The notes under the pieces are model-generated. The model ran no database searches, was not told the DNA's origin, and saw only the letters and a program-made list of their open reading frames with translations. DNA of 64,000 nucleotides from assembly GCF_036321535.1 (NCBI RefSeq), contig NC_087436.1, forward strand, positions 33,234,001 through 33,298,000, read 5' to 3'. The position numbers and the translations under genes are program-made. Every line of letters begins with the position of its first letter. The first letter of the stretch is position 1. Source of the stretch: Camelus dromedarius (Eukaryota). Below are positions 26,543 through 39,990 of the stretch, piece by piece.

Positions 26543-27461
26543 TGCTTTATGGACTTGGACAATACCCAGGCCTACTTCTAGTCTAGGATTCACAACAGGT
26601 GTCTAGTGAACACTCATTTACAAATTAATGGAGTAAGTAGACAAACATGCAAGTGATCTTTACATTTGTGCTGTAAACCTCTCACTAGCATTAATGCATA
26701 CTTCGTCTTTTCTAACTTATGACACTGATTTTTGTATTTAAATGAGTCTCAGTAGAGATGGGTCAACTATTTGTTAAAAGAAAAATGTTTTTCTGTCTGG
26801 TTATAGCCTCCGAATTTAATTAGCCTCAAAGAGGCATAAGCCTCAAAAGGAAGAGTCTTATTTTTAAGGAATAATGACATAATGATTGCTTCCAGTGTCC
26901 AACCACTGTGAACCACTCAATTGCTACAACAACTCTCTTTTAATATGTATTCCATTATAGAGAGTAAGCTGAATCTTTCATGAAGATTTCTTTTGTTGTT
27001 GTGTGTTTTGCTCTCCTTGAACTTTTGCAAAGTGTCTGCAGGATTGATTTGTAAGTTGATTTACAATTTCTGGAATCTAGACAAAAAATGAGACAGTGAT
27101 GGGATATGAGGAATGAGGTTTAAAGTTAAAGAGATTTAAGTAATGGCTAAGGATTTGTATTATGAATTTTGACTTTGAAGAGAGAATTTATTGAAACCAT
27201 ATCCTAATTTTGGATAAAGGGTCAAAAGGTCATTCTGAATTCTATATAGAAATCCTACAATCACATATTCTCTTAGCTCCACATCACTTCTGGTAAATAT
27301 TACAAATGGGGTACAATTTCCAGCAGGGAAAATACTGGTGAGGAGAAACCGTGGAGAATCCATGTGGTACTGAAAGTGGATGCATAATAAGGATTTATTA
27401 GGATATCCAGGTCCCTCCCTCATATGAAATCCTCATATTGCTTTTTTAATCAGCTTTTTGG

Positions 27462-27971
27462 TGTTGACTGAGATAAAGTCACACAACGTGAGAGTTGTGG
27501 ATTAAGTTTTATTTGGGGCAGAATGAGGACTATAGCCCTGGAGACAGCATCTTACAAAGCTCTGAGGAACTGCTCCGAAGAGGCAGGGGGGAACTCAGTA
27601 TTATATATAATTTTAGTGAAGGAGGGTTACATACAATCAAGCACACATTTAGGCAGAGGCTTGCTGCTAGTCACGAAGAGCAGATGTCACTGTTAATGAT
27701 TTTAGTGCCATTCTAGGTATGAGGAGACACAAGAATTTGGGCTTATAAAATCTTCTCCTGAAAATATCAAACATCTGAGGGCCTGTTCTGCCAGTTTTCC
27801 CAGAGCACAGAATGCCTCTTTCCTGATCTCCAGCCTGAACTCCTTACAGGGAGTGTTGGAGGTCAATGTCTACAGCAGCTCATGATTTAATCCAAGCAGA
27901 GGTAGATGGCAAGTGCCAGTGTGATTCAATCCTTGTAGAGGCAGGTGGCAAGTCCCAGTTTTTAGTTGGTG
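27462..27971 (-). mobile_element. ERV1 solo LTR, MER41-like (cetartiodactyl type)
   Basis: Starts tgttgactga and is ~510 bp long. AATAAA on the minus strand (tttatt 27508-27513). 4-bp TSD ttgg at 27458-27461 and 27972-27975. The body (gaggactatagcc...gctctgaggaactgctccgaagagg) resembles MER41_BT-type LTRs. Confidence 0.8.
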
Positions 27972-29651
27972 TTGGCTGTATCATTTCTTTCCTTATTGTG
28001 TCTCAAGTATTGAACTCCCTGCTTTTCTTCCCATGGAAAATCCTGATTATTTCCCTTTGAATCTCCCCACCTCATTTCATTGTGGGATAGCATCTAGTTT
28101 CATCCTCATACTTCTGATCATAAAATTAGCACAGGGCCTCTTGTAGATATTTTAACAACTTATCCTGAGGGCAACATGAGGAAATAAATAATAAAATTTT
28201 AAAGAATTATAATAAAACTTCTCCCTACTACCTGTTAGAATTTATTAATAAATAGAACTGAGCTCTGATAGTTTTCACATAATTATCACATCTTTGTTGT
28301 TAAGGATCTTAATCCGTAAGTCTTCAGAATTCCTTTTGATTAGGTAGGGGCTTTCCTTTATTGTCCCATCCTCCCTGTCAACCCTAGCAACACTTTTTTT
28401 GTAAGGACTAAAATTTTCCACAGGGCTCTTTGTTGAGCGATATGTCTGAGGAGTGATAGTGGGTAGTATATGAAAGAAGGATTCTTTGGGGGCTCTAGAT
28501 TGGGTAAGTGGTCTAACATAAGTACTGAAAGAATTTTCCAAGATTTTAGTATGCTAACATACAAGGAAACTCTCTAAGAAAGAGTTCTGAGCATTTCCCC
28601 AACTGGTTTAACTATAGAAGAGTCTTGCTTTTTGGGTTTTTTTTTTTGTTTGTTTTGTTTTGTTTTGTTTAATTTTTTACCTAAAAATACTGTTATAGCA
28701 CAAATCCTTTTTTTTTTCAGTCATTTGAAAATATACATTTCATATACACAAAAATAATAAACATAACTTTTGGTTTCCAAGACGCTCAGATTATACTAAC
28801 CCTCAATTCTGGGGGTTGAATTTGAAGCCGTTCTTCAAGGGTATATTTACAAAGGAATTTAGTCACTGGAATGAGTCTGATCTTTCTTTTGTGGAGAGGG
28901 AAAATGGTGAAATGTCATTGCTTTCTATTCTCTGCTGTTGTGAAAGGGGATAATAAAGCCTTGACAGGGACTCACTCTCTTACCATTTCACCTTTCCCCT
29001 AGATATAGTACCTTCTACTGTTTCACTCTGGTTGTGCTCAGTAAAGCAGCAGCCACCTAGATATTCTAATAGGAATAAGTTTAAAATGAAATTAGCAGCA
29101 ACATACCCAACCTTAGGAGTCCTGGGGGAGCAAAAGTTAGGAAGACCACCATCCATGTCTTTGGAAGCACAAGGATCACAGAAAGCCGCCACTAATAGAG
29201 TGGGCTACTCCCAGCACCAAAGTGCATGTGGCAAGACTCCTCAAACAGAGCGCAAAACCCCGTAACTGCTATCTTCCGGTTCCCACATGACTTTCCGCCA
29301 ATAGCCATGGAAAATATTGGTGTTTCCTTATCTTTTGCTTTTAAAATCACATCTCATTGGCTAAGTCTAAACAAACCTGCTGGCAAGTGAATCTGTAAAA
29401 TGTCTGTGTTTTTTAAGGCTCTACCATCTAGGAGAGAACTTAGAAGGATGGATGTAAAAGCTGAATGTCAACAAAAAAATCTAATATACCTGAAGTGTAT
29501 CAGTGACAAGTAGAAACTTGTAAGGAGGCAGTTGTATTGAACAGTGAATGGTCATTCAGTGTTGGAGGAAAGGAAACAAATTACAAAGCAAAAATGGCTT
29601 TCCTTACTTCACTAATTGGTGTAATCAATTATCAGGAAGGAACGTATAAAT

Positions 29652-29825
29652 CAATGATTCTTAAATTATGCCTTGCTCAGCTGCAACAACATCACCCAGG
29701 AATTTCCAGAAATGCAAAATCTTGGGCCACCCCAGACAAACTAAATCAGGAACTCTCAGATGGGGCCTGTGTTTTAATAAGCTCACTGGATATTTCTGAC
29801 ACACACTCAATTTTGAGAACCACTG
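29652..29825. mobile_element. MER5A-like hAT-Charlie non-autonomous DNA transposon
   Basis: TIRs caatgattctt...gagaaccactg; core agaaatgcaaaatcttgggccaccccagac; 8-bp TSD gtataaat/gtttaaag (6/8 match). Confidence 0.85.
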
Positions 29826-31239
29826 GTTTAAAGTTTCTAAAGGGAGTATTCCATGAGTATTACTTTGATTCTAGGAAGGGTGAAGAATGCTTGAAGCTTT
29901 ATGAACTCTTAGTAGAGGCTAAAATGATTGAGATTCTGTCCAAGAATATCTGAGTAGAGCTGAGAAATTAAAAGGAAACAAGCCAGCTGAACTTTGCATT
30001 TTGTGGAGTATGAGAGTAGGAAGACCAGTGCCTGAGTTACTGCAAAATGAGTTGGCGCTCACAACAAGAAGGTATTAGAAGGAATCAGCGTAAATGATTC
30101 TGGTTTTTATGTACACACTCTGTGTAAAAATGGATAGGGTGTAGGACGTGGATATGGATCAAACTACCCGAATGGCCAGTCCCGTTTCATGGTCCTCTTC
30201 AAAATCTGTGGATCCCGAGCAATGGCGCAGAGCTTCATGAAGCTTCTGTTCTGTGTTTGCTCCGCTGTAAATTTCCCTGCATTAGCTCTTCATCAACTCG
30301 CGAGAAGCACCTTGCACTAGGGATGATGCGGATGTGAAGACTGGCTTTGCGGTCACCCTACGGCTAATTATGGTAAAGGTAATGCCAAAAAGGGGTCTCT
30401 AACTTTCTTTCCCCATCCTTAATTTTAAAAAAAGACAGTTATTGACTAACAAACCTGAAGGAGTTTGAACTCTGACCATGCAGAAAGTAAAAACAGGTTT
30501 TCAAACTGTCTTTTTAAACTTAAACGGTGCTTCTGTATAAGAAGATTTTCCAAAGCCATCTAGCAGGTAGCTCAAGGGCAGAGTTAGGCTAGCAGCCCTG
30601 CTTCTCTGGGGATTGAAAGGAATGACTTCTGAAACCAGGCATTTCTTAGCAAATCATATAAAAACCTCACTGGAGACTTTTGCTGCCAGGAGAAAGATTT
30701 TAAGCATCCACTGATGAAACTTCTAAGACAATAAAGAGTGCCAGATGCATCAGATTTGGGTTTTAAAAATGCTGATGTCCACATTTAGCCTAAACATGCT
30801 TTATTCAGTCTTGAAAAATCAATGTAGTGCTACATTCTTTCTTGTGAGGTAATGTCATTTTGGAGAGAGTTTCTTTCTTGCTAATACAAATCAGAAGGGT
30901 GGCTGTCTGTATAAAGCAAAGAACAACAAAAATAAAAATATAACATCCCTGATTTATTTGGACAGAAGTAGAGAAGGGTATATATTTTGGTTGGGGGAGT
31001 GTTTAAAAGAGAGGGAGTGATGGAGTGAGAGAGTGTGAGAGGGAGAGAGATATGCATAATACATGTCCCCTACTCTGAAGGAAAAGTTGAGTCATCCAAT
31101 ATATTTGATTTTATGTCTAATAATCCTATAATTGAATGTCCTCTATTAATCAGAGCCAAAGCAAACAAAGGAAGATATTGGATTTTTTCGTCGTGGATCA
31201 AGCTTTCAAAAAGTAGCAATTATTAAATTGCTGTACATA

Positions 31240-31385
31240 CAGGGAAGTTTGCAGAGTGATAGAACCGTCTTATATCTCGATCGTGGTCCTGGTTGCATGA
31301 CTACATGCATTTGTCAAAATTTACAGAACTGTACTCTGAAATGGGTCAATTTCACTCTAGTAAATTTAACCTCAGTAAGAAAATT
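31240..31385 (+). mobile_element. L1MC/MD 3' terminal fragment
   Basis: tatctcgatcgtggtcctggttgcatgactacatgcatttgtcaaaatttacagaactgtac...aaatttaacctcagtaagaaaa. Confidence 0.75.
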
Positions 31386-33259
31386 GCTCTATATACTTCA
31401 GACTGCAGAACTGTAGTATGTTCTGAACATCTTTAAAGTTGTCACTAGGCATATTAATTTTATAATTTATGGATTAAATAGTGCAAAAATACATTGAAAA
31501 TTAATGCTCAGATCAAGAACATCTATAAGAAAAAATATATTGAAGAAAACTAATACAAGGAGTTTAACTTGGTTTAACTTAGCATGAAATATACATGGAA
31601 CTTTTTGATTTAACTTCCTTGAGTTTTATTTTTCATGTTCCTCCAAAACTATACATTTACCTCCACTTTTAAAAAGAGGCAGATGAGATGACACTGGCAA
31701 TCTTCATCATGGAAATTTTTACACATTATTTAAATGCTCTATCCCTGTGGCATGAACAGCCAGTTATTTCCTATGAATATACACTCAGATTTCCACACAG
31801 ACGCCTGAATCCTGGGGACTATGCACTCACCAGGTGATGTAAAATAATCTTCTATCAGTTTCACTTTTACAATATGCAATTAAGGATTTTGGATTTTTTA
31901 TTTTTGCTTCTGCAGTATGCTTTATTAAGCATTTTAATGAAGTCTATTTTTAAACGTGATTGTTAAAATGAGTTTTAACATGACTATTTTCGGTCTCTTT
32001 AAACTCTGGATTCCATCTCCACCCTCTCCCTTCCCAGCCAAGCCATTTTAACCTTCTAATGGGTCCCTTACTTTTCCTTGTTAAATCTTAACAACCTATT
32101 ACTGGCTGTAGGCTGATCTGGCTCGCTGCAGAAATGCATGCTGTTTTTGAGTCTTAAGTGTTTAAGGGCTTTTTGGGTCAGATAAGGGCCATGGGGGAGA
32201 GCCAAATGAACTGGTAATGTTGGTACCTAAAAGAAATCTGAAATGAAGGCTTATTATGCTGAGAATGATGAGGTGAGAAATCAGGAGGTTTGTGTGTAGC
32301 TTACTGTATTTGCTGTTTGACATAGTCATCCTTTAAAAATAAAAAGCCACTTTTCACTTAAAAGGATTAAATGACATCATAACCACCATTCCTTCTTTCC
32401 CCTCTATTTTACGCACTTGTCCCAATACATCGAATGTCCCAAATTAGATAAATTTTATTTTTCTAATATTGTGGACTTTGACTCAATTTTTTTTTCAAAA
32501 TCACCGAAAGAAGAAAATCAGAAACAAAATTTGTTTCTGCATTTCCTTTCATTTAAAAAATTACTATTTTCTATAAAAGTGGTTGAATCTTCAGATAACT
32601 TTGAAATAAATTATACTTACACTGAAAAAAAATTTCAGTGAGTAGAATTATCTTGTATAAATCACTATAGTAAGTCATCCTTTTATTTGAGTAAATGTAA
32701 TATTCTTAATTTTCATTTTTAACATCACGCTTAACATATCCAAACTGGTACTAACAGATGAATTACATAAAATCACTGGGTACAGTAAAGTCTGAAGCAA
32801 TTTCCAGTTAAATCAAAACAGACATCTTGAAAGAAGTGACAAATTAGAATGGGTGGAACTGGAGCAGAGAATGCTGGGAAGATACTTGTATGTATAAATT
32901 CCCTGGGTAAAACTGCACATCCCACTATTGCTGCAACTACACATTGAAGCAAATCCGCTGGCTTTGGACACATTGACTTCATTTTCCTCACTTCATTTTT
33001 TTAAAAAATTAAAAATTTTTTTTTAGATTTGGCAGTGACCACTCTTCACACAGGAAGACTGTGGTTGCAACTGGTAATAATTGACTAGAGTTTAAGGTGT
33101 TTGAGGAACTGGCAAGAAATGGAAAGTAGGCTGCATTAGGAATTTGAATGGGATGAAAATTGTTACACTTATTAGGAAAATGAGATGACTGAGGATTGTC
33201 GGGAATGGGTATGACTTTTTCACTAGTTGGAAGTAGACAAGAGGGGCAGATTTCCATGA

Positions 33260-33641
33260 TGTTATGGTCACCCTACAAAAGCAGGGGAGACTCCCGCTCC
33301 AAATTGGTTCATGTTGAGACTGATGATGCCACATCACACATATGAAGAGCATCTAAAAAAGTTTATTTCTTACAAAGCTGAGGTTTGTAGGGGAGAGGAG
33401 GAGGAGAGGAGCCAGGCCTCGGTTTTAACTGTGGTGCTGTGTGGTGGTGGGGCTGGAGTGACAGTTCCCCTGATGGGTATGGGCTTGCATGGTTTATATC
33501 TCCCTCGGGCACTAAAGGAGGGAGAAGCCAGGCTTTCTTACCAACTTGCTGGATGTAGGGCACGGGGGGAGTAGGGATTGGTAAGGCTTAAAAGCTGTCA
33601 GTACTCAAACATTAAAAAATGGAATCAGACCCCTCATTTTA
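33260..33641 (-). mobile_element. ERV1 solo LTR (MER89/MER90/MER110-like)
   Basis: Starts tgttatggtc, has tttatt at 33362, and ends ggcttaaaagctgtcagtactcaaacattaaaaaatggaatcagac. Similar to the element at 56559-56962. Confidence 0.65.
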
Positions 33642-34624
33642 AGTTAGACTGCAAATTTCTGCACTTGTAAAGTCTTGTCTATTTCCACGAGAAGGAAGTC
33701 CAGGGTTTTCCCCCCTTTCCTTCCCATAACAAATTTCCTTAGAATTTGGAGGTTACATTTAAAACTGAAGTCCATGATCTAGTTTACCTGCTACAGGAGA
33801 GGAGCTCTCATCTTCTCTTTGATGCTTGTAGAGACAACTGCTGGCTTCCAGAACAGTCCTGCCTTATGAGCTCCATTTCAGGCATTGCTTTGTTGCCACT
33901 GCTTAGGCCTGGAAACAGTGCCTAAACCCAGACAGTCTCCGTCTGCAAGAACATTCATCTACAACCCTCAGTGGTTATGGCTGAATCCACAGTCTTCACT
34001 GCAGGTGTCAGATAACTTATGCGGGCCTGAGTGGCAATTCTCAGGACAGAAAATTAGAGGAGTCCTGCTGGGGAAAGAAGGGCATTCACCCCCATCTCAC
34101 TCAGATTTCTGTGGACTGAGGAGACTAGCAACAATTCCATTAAGCACAGAGAATGGCATGGCCATCTAGAGCAGCCCACACCAGTGATTTCTGCATATTC
34201 TTACCATGTGGCCAACACTGAGAACAGCTGTTTTTTTCAGGGCAAATGCTCACTTTGACCCTCATCATGTTAGGGGCACTAAAGCTCTAACAGATAACTT
34301 ATATAAAAACCCATTGTTACATTTCTCAATGTCAAAGTGTTTTAGTCTTATCAGTGCGAAAACTCTGCTGTCTGTTGTAATGATTATAATGTTTAAATGC
34401 TTCTTCAGGACTGTCTAGAAATTAAAGTTAAAACAAAAAGCCAGATGCTTCTGGTAATATGTAGAATACATCAAAAACCCTGCCGGCTTGCGATCGGTTC
34501 TAATGGTTGGCATGATAAACTGTGAGTGTGTTATTAATTTCGTTAGCGGCTCAAGATAGTGCATTTGAGGAGGTGAGAATAAGAGACGTTGAGAGGGACC
34601 CTGAACGTGCTGAATATTCCGCTT

Positions 34625-34990
34625 GCCTTCCTCTCCCCTGTCTACTCTCCATTTTCTCCATCCTGCCCTGGTCTCTTGGAGTAGTGACCTCACCAGCCAG
34701 GCTCCCTCTCTCTCAGGCTTCCAGCTGGGTTTGCCTCATGGGTTGGCAGATGCTCTGCTCCTCTACTTAAGGCCGTGGCTTTCTCAGACCCACAGCTAAG
34801 CTAAGCTTCCCTAGGTTCAGTAGCTGCTACTCTCCCTTTGCCCCTTCAGACTTTGGGGTGGTGGCTTTCACACTGTTGCTAGCCCCAATTTTTGTCTTCT
34901 TTGCCCTGTCTACAGCTTTGTAATTAAACCCCTCATTACAGTCTCACCAGTTACTCTGAATTTGCCTCTTTCTTCTCCTGGAACATTGGA
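34625..34990 (+). mobile_element. LTR33-like ERVL solo LTR
   Basis: ggcttccagctgggtttgcc...ccctttgccccttcagactttggggtggtggctttcacactgttgctagccc...ctttgtaattaaaccctcatta. Confidence 0.6.
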
Positions 34991-36489
34991 TCATTTCTTA
35001 AAAGACAAGGAGTCAGCTGTACCCAGTTAGGGGAAGGGCACACCAAGCTCTGACATCAGCAAGTGCGTTTATGTGAAACATGAGAATGTTTGATGCGGGT
35101 AGTTATATTTCACTATAAGGAGAGTAAAATAACTATAAAACATCAGGGTTATTCTTGATAGGTAAGTTTTCTCACATTGTTCTACAAATTTTTTTGACTA
35201 GGTCTTTGTTTAAGGTGGTGAACAAGGTTCTGCCTTCTGAACAACATTCCAATGTTGCCACGTTCATTCTAGAATTTGAGTTTGTTAATAGATAATATTC
35301 TTTTGGTGCTCACCTATTGATAGCAAAAGTAAGAGCAAATTTTTATAGTGGGGTCACTTAGTTCCTTCCTTAGTGACAGAGCATGAACTGAGATGACTGT
35401 GTTCAGAACTTTCTTTTCCTTCATGCCCTCTACACACGCAGACACACCCACCCACACATCCACAAAACAAACTTTAATTTATTCACAGTGCAGCTTTGTA
35501 CTTGAAAGTGTCTCCAACAAGGTCGTGTAGGTTCTTTGCTGCAGGTTTTATACTTCAAAGCATACTATAATTTGTTTGGCTTCTATTCTAATATTGCCTT
35601 TATAAGAACTTTCTTTTCTGTTTTGGAGTAAAATATTGCTTTGATATAATTAATGATACTCCAATATTTCCTTTACCATTTCAGTAGAAGAATATGGTTT
35701 TTCACAAAATGTCCTCATGCCAATAGATGCCAAAATTTTGTTCTGTGCAAGTTTTCATTAGATATTAAATCAGAAAAGAAAATGTAGTTTGGAGAAATAA
35801 AAGAGAGTCCTGTTTAGCTTTGGTTTTTCTGGATTAGTGTTGTTTTTACAGTAACTTTTATCAGCCCCATTCCCTATCATGAAGGTTGGGGAAATTTGGG
35901 CTATTTCCATCACTTTTCCTGTTTTCATTTGGCAGATATGTGTTGTAGAAAAAGTCTTCTTTTGAAAGCCAAAGGAAAGAGAAAGAGAGACACTTTTCTG
36001 AAATTTTAATCATATGTTTTCTAGTCTAAATTTTAAAGATTTTATAATATTTATCTTTGTTTAGACTACACATCTCATTAAAAATAATTCTTTGTCAAGC
36101 AACTATTTTTTGTTGATCACATATTCATTTTTCTTAACTTTTCCTGGGTGGCCTAGTTTTTTTCTATATTTATGACATATTTGTTTAGAATATAAATCTA
36201 AGAAAAGTTCTTCTGGTGAATTTTGATTCTTGTTTTTCTCCCATGATGAAGTCGTTCAATTTATAGTTTCTTTTTAGTTTTGAGAATTTTATTCCTCCCT
36301 AATTAAATATTTGAACAAAGAAGGGATGTGATATTGAAGACAGAATTGGATAAACTACACAGATGTATATTACCTTGCATATGGAACTCTCTTATTAGTA
36401 CAGAGACTAAAGGAATATTCTGAAATCTTAGTAGGATAATTTTTGGTTTGTCTAATAATGTTTCATTTATACTGATTTTTAGAAGGCAC

Positions 36490-36590
36490 AAAAGGTAGAA
36501 TGGTCTCCCAAAGATGTCCATACCCTAATTAATGGAACCTGTGAATATGTGACATTATATAGCAAAAGTCAGGAAGAGTCAAAGCTTGAG
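36490..36590 (+). mobile_element. MLT1 LTR 5' fragment (MLT1D/E-like)
   Basis: ggtagaatggtctcccaaagatgtccataccctaat...ggaacctgtgaatatgtgacattatatagcaaaag. Confidence 0.7.
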
Positions 36591-37399
36591 ATAGACTGTA
36601 TTAGATTACATCTGTCCACCATCAGTTAATCCCATTATATTTTGGAAAGAGCTCAATGGTAGTCACTTAAATATAGAACTCTTTGGAAAATTCCTTAAAT
36701 TCCAATAATTTCTGAGTAATTGGTATAGATACTGATACTAGATGGATATAGATTCTAGATGAACAAATGTAAAATCAGTAGTTTTGCATGGGGGCAGGTG
36801 TGAAACTGCTGTCAAGACTGGGTAATGTCTTAGAGTGTCCCTAGAGCTATGTAGAACCAAGAGGGGGTTTTATACAAAATAATTCATGGGCATGCCGGGG
36901 TGGGTGGATCTAACTCAGAAAACTGGCGGAATGGAGATTTGTCTTATTTCAGTAAATGTACTACAATCCACATACTTGTCAAACCATAATTCAGAGGTCA
37001 ACTGTGATCCTCTTCCCTTCCTCTCATGTCAGCTAATCAGCAATTCCTATCAATTCTCTTTCCAATATTTTTCATTCCACTCACTATGTCTTTCCATACT
37101 TACTAATACCACTCTAAAAATTGATAGCTAAACTTATAATGTGCTTATTATAAGCACCAAGCCCAGTACTCCCAGTACTAAGAATATTTATGAATTATTA
37201 CAATCCCTCTATAATTCTTAGTAGCCACTGTTATTTCTTTTGAAATGATAATCTAGAGAATATCACACACAGAGTGAGTGTCAGGGAAGGGGTTTGACAG
37301 TCGCCTTCCATAGCCTGCACTCAACCATTTCATTATATTGTCTTCCAAGTCCAGGTCCAAGACCCCTTCATGTTGCACTAAAACACTAATACTAGCTTC

Positions 37400-37948
37400 C
37401 TTCCATGGACATTTATCTAGAGAAATGCTGCCTCTTAAAATCCCTGCTTAGTCTCAGGGAATTTTCTACTGTGTGAGAATTGGTTGAGGTCACTCTCCTC
37501 TGGTTTTCACTATAGAAACCAAAGTGGGTAGCTTCTTTCTGTCCTACATTTTAGAAGCTTGAGTTGCACGTATGACAAAGTTCATACCTAGGGTAGATAG
37601 CACTCAGGAGTTTGAGTTTGAAGAGAATGCTGCACAGAGGCAGGAAGAATTGGGGAAATGTTTACATGGAGGCATCTGGAATCCAGCAGAAATTCCGAGA
37701 GTTTAGCACATGCATTGTTGAGTAACCAGTGGCAATGGCATTTGGGAGAGCATCCCACAGAATTATACCTTTATCTTCATTTAGCTATTTCCTACTGTCT
37801 ACCCCTTCTTGATTCCTGTTTGGCTTCTATATCTGATGCTCCAGGCTTCTAGATGATTTTGTGGGTTACCTGATATTTTTCCAAATAGTTCCTTTCCTGT
37901 GTAAGTTAGTCAAAGTATATTTCTGATGCTTGTGGCCAAGAACCTTAA
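37400..37948 (+). mobile_element. ERVL solo LTR (LTR16/LTR50-like)
   Basis: 3' end ttccaaatagttcctttcctgtgtaagttagtcaaagtatatttctgatgcttgtggccaagaacc is typical of this LTR class. Confidence 0.55.
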
Positions 37949-37954
37949 GAGGCT

Positions 37955-38245
37955 TCCAACTTCCGCTTTTGATCCACTTGTATTCTGTTCTCTGCTTGGC
38001 AGTCATAATGGTCTTTAAAAACTTTAATTGATATTATTACTCTCATTAAAAAATCACAATTGCACTGAGAATAAAATGCAAGCCTTTACCAAGGCTTACA
38101 GGCTTACAAAGTCCAACAATTATTTACCCTCCTACTTTTCTTCCCTACTCTATTCCAATATCTCTTAATGTTTCTCAGAACTGTTCCCTGTAATTAGAAC
38201 ACTGTCATCAAATGGTTCAATAAATATCTGTTGAATACACTAACA
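37955..38245 (+). mobile_element. L2 fragment
   Basis: ttgcactgagaataaaatgcaagcctttacc...ttcaataaatatctgttgaata (L2 3' terminus). Confidence 0.6.
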
Positions 38246-38364
38246 TATAAAATAATATCTGAATTTGTTAAATTTTGGTTGTACACCATCCCATCTCTCC
38301 TTTATTTCTATTAGTATTTTGTTCTCTCTTCAGGTAAACTATATTGGATATAGCCTTGGTGAGT

Positions 38365-38715
38365 GGTAATGAACACTCCTTGCATGGAAGCAAAGGTGCC
38401 CTGATGTTCTCCCTGTTCCCATGAGTGCAAGTAGCATAGGCTCAGCCATGTGGACTTCATGCTCAGACAAAGACATGGCAGTGAGTAGAGGTCATATTGT
38501 ATCCGGTGGCAGCAACCGTGTTAGACCAGCCTCTTCCAATTGTGTGGCCTTTACTATGGTTTTTACTTCTGATACTCCAAGTTCCTGTTATTTTATTTCT
38601 ATATTTTCCCCATAAGTTCTTTTTTTTTCTTTCTTTCTTTCTTTTTTTTTTTTTCTGCTTCAGTTATAAACACAGTTACTTTCTGTTGCTAATTGCCAGG
38701 AACTCTCACTGATAA
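38365..38715 (+). mobile_element. ERVL solo LTR fragment (LTR16/33-like)
   Basis: 3' end tttccccataagttc...ctgcttcagtta...tttctgttgctaattgccaggaactctcactgata. Confidence 0.45.
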
Positions 38716-39444
38716 CTATGATAACTATAGCTTAGTAACCTAGGTCTTAGTGGTGAGAAGCAGAAAACTCTGTGAAATTTAAAAGATAAGACCAAATAAC
38801 CATATAACCACAGGATAATGATTGTATTTATGATTGGAGATATGAGGATGTAAAATGAAATAGTTTAGAATACTTGGTTCATTAATCAGGGACGTGTGCC
38901 CAGAGTGTCACTTTATGTTTTTTTGGAAGGAGATCTAGTCTACCTCCACTTGAGGTAGTACCATGTCTATGGAGAGAGCAAATGTTTTTCTCAAAAGAAA
39001 AAAAAAAAAAGAATTAAGTGGACTTTGTGCTTGCTAAAATGAGAGACAAGTACTTGTGTGGGGCCCTAGAGTTCTATGTCATAAAACACTATAGAAATAA
39101 ATTATTCTGTTGATATTTAAAGACCAATAAATGTCTAGTTATGCGTAGTTCTGCAGTCATGATCTCAGTAGGTGGAGTTCATTGTAAATAAAACCCCATG
39201 ACATTGTCACAGCCCTGGAGTTCATTGTAATAGGAAATCCTACTGATATAGGGCAATGTCACTCAAAGCTGACAAGTCAAAATTGAACAGATTCTTTATT
39301 GGGTCTCAAGCAAAACTCCTAGATGATTATTTTCTCAAAAATTAATCATATTTATTAGAGATGGGCTGGAAGTTCTGCTGCTAAAGTGTTTGTGTTCATG
39401 ACTTTGAGTGCTACTTACGTATTTTATCTTTTTACTTTTTCTGT

Positions 39445-39990
39445 GACCCATTCTCTATGATCCATTCTCCAGATGGTCACCAAAGAGATCTTTTAAAAAC
39501 ATAAATTAGATCATATCATTTCCTTGCCTGACCCTGAAATGACTCCTACTGCATTTCCTAAAATCAACCTCCTTACCATGCTCTGAAAGGCTGACTATAT
39601 CTGTTACTCTACATTTACTTTCTGATATTCAGTCACACTGGTATTCATGGAACATATCAAGTGTATTCCCATCTTTGGTCCTTTGTCATTCACTCTTACC
39701 TCTGTTGAGAATGCTGTTTTCTCAAGTAGGCCTTCCCTGGCCGGGTTGTACTTCATATGTCATCTCTTCTGAGTACCTTGTCCACCCTCTCAAAAATACT
39801 TCTTCCCCCATCACTTTCTGTGTTTTGTTGTGTTTTGCTTTGTTCACAGCACTTCACACTTTCTTATGTTGTATTTGCGTACTTGTTTTATCTCTCCCAT
39901 TGAAATTTAAGCTATTGGCCAGGAAATCTGTTTTATCTCACTCACTGAGGCATTTCCTGCCTATAAACTGTGCCTAGATGAGTGAATAAG
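39445..39990 (+). mobile_element. L2 fragment
   Basis: agagatcttttaaaaacataaattagatcatatcatttcc...tctctcccattgaaatttaagct...ttttatctcactcactg. Confidence 0.7.

Noticed and set aside
29537..29953. 138-aa ORF
   Set aside because: It reads through a MER5A element and has a non-ATG start; a chance ORF.
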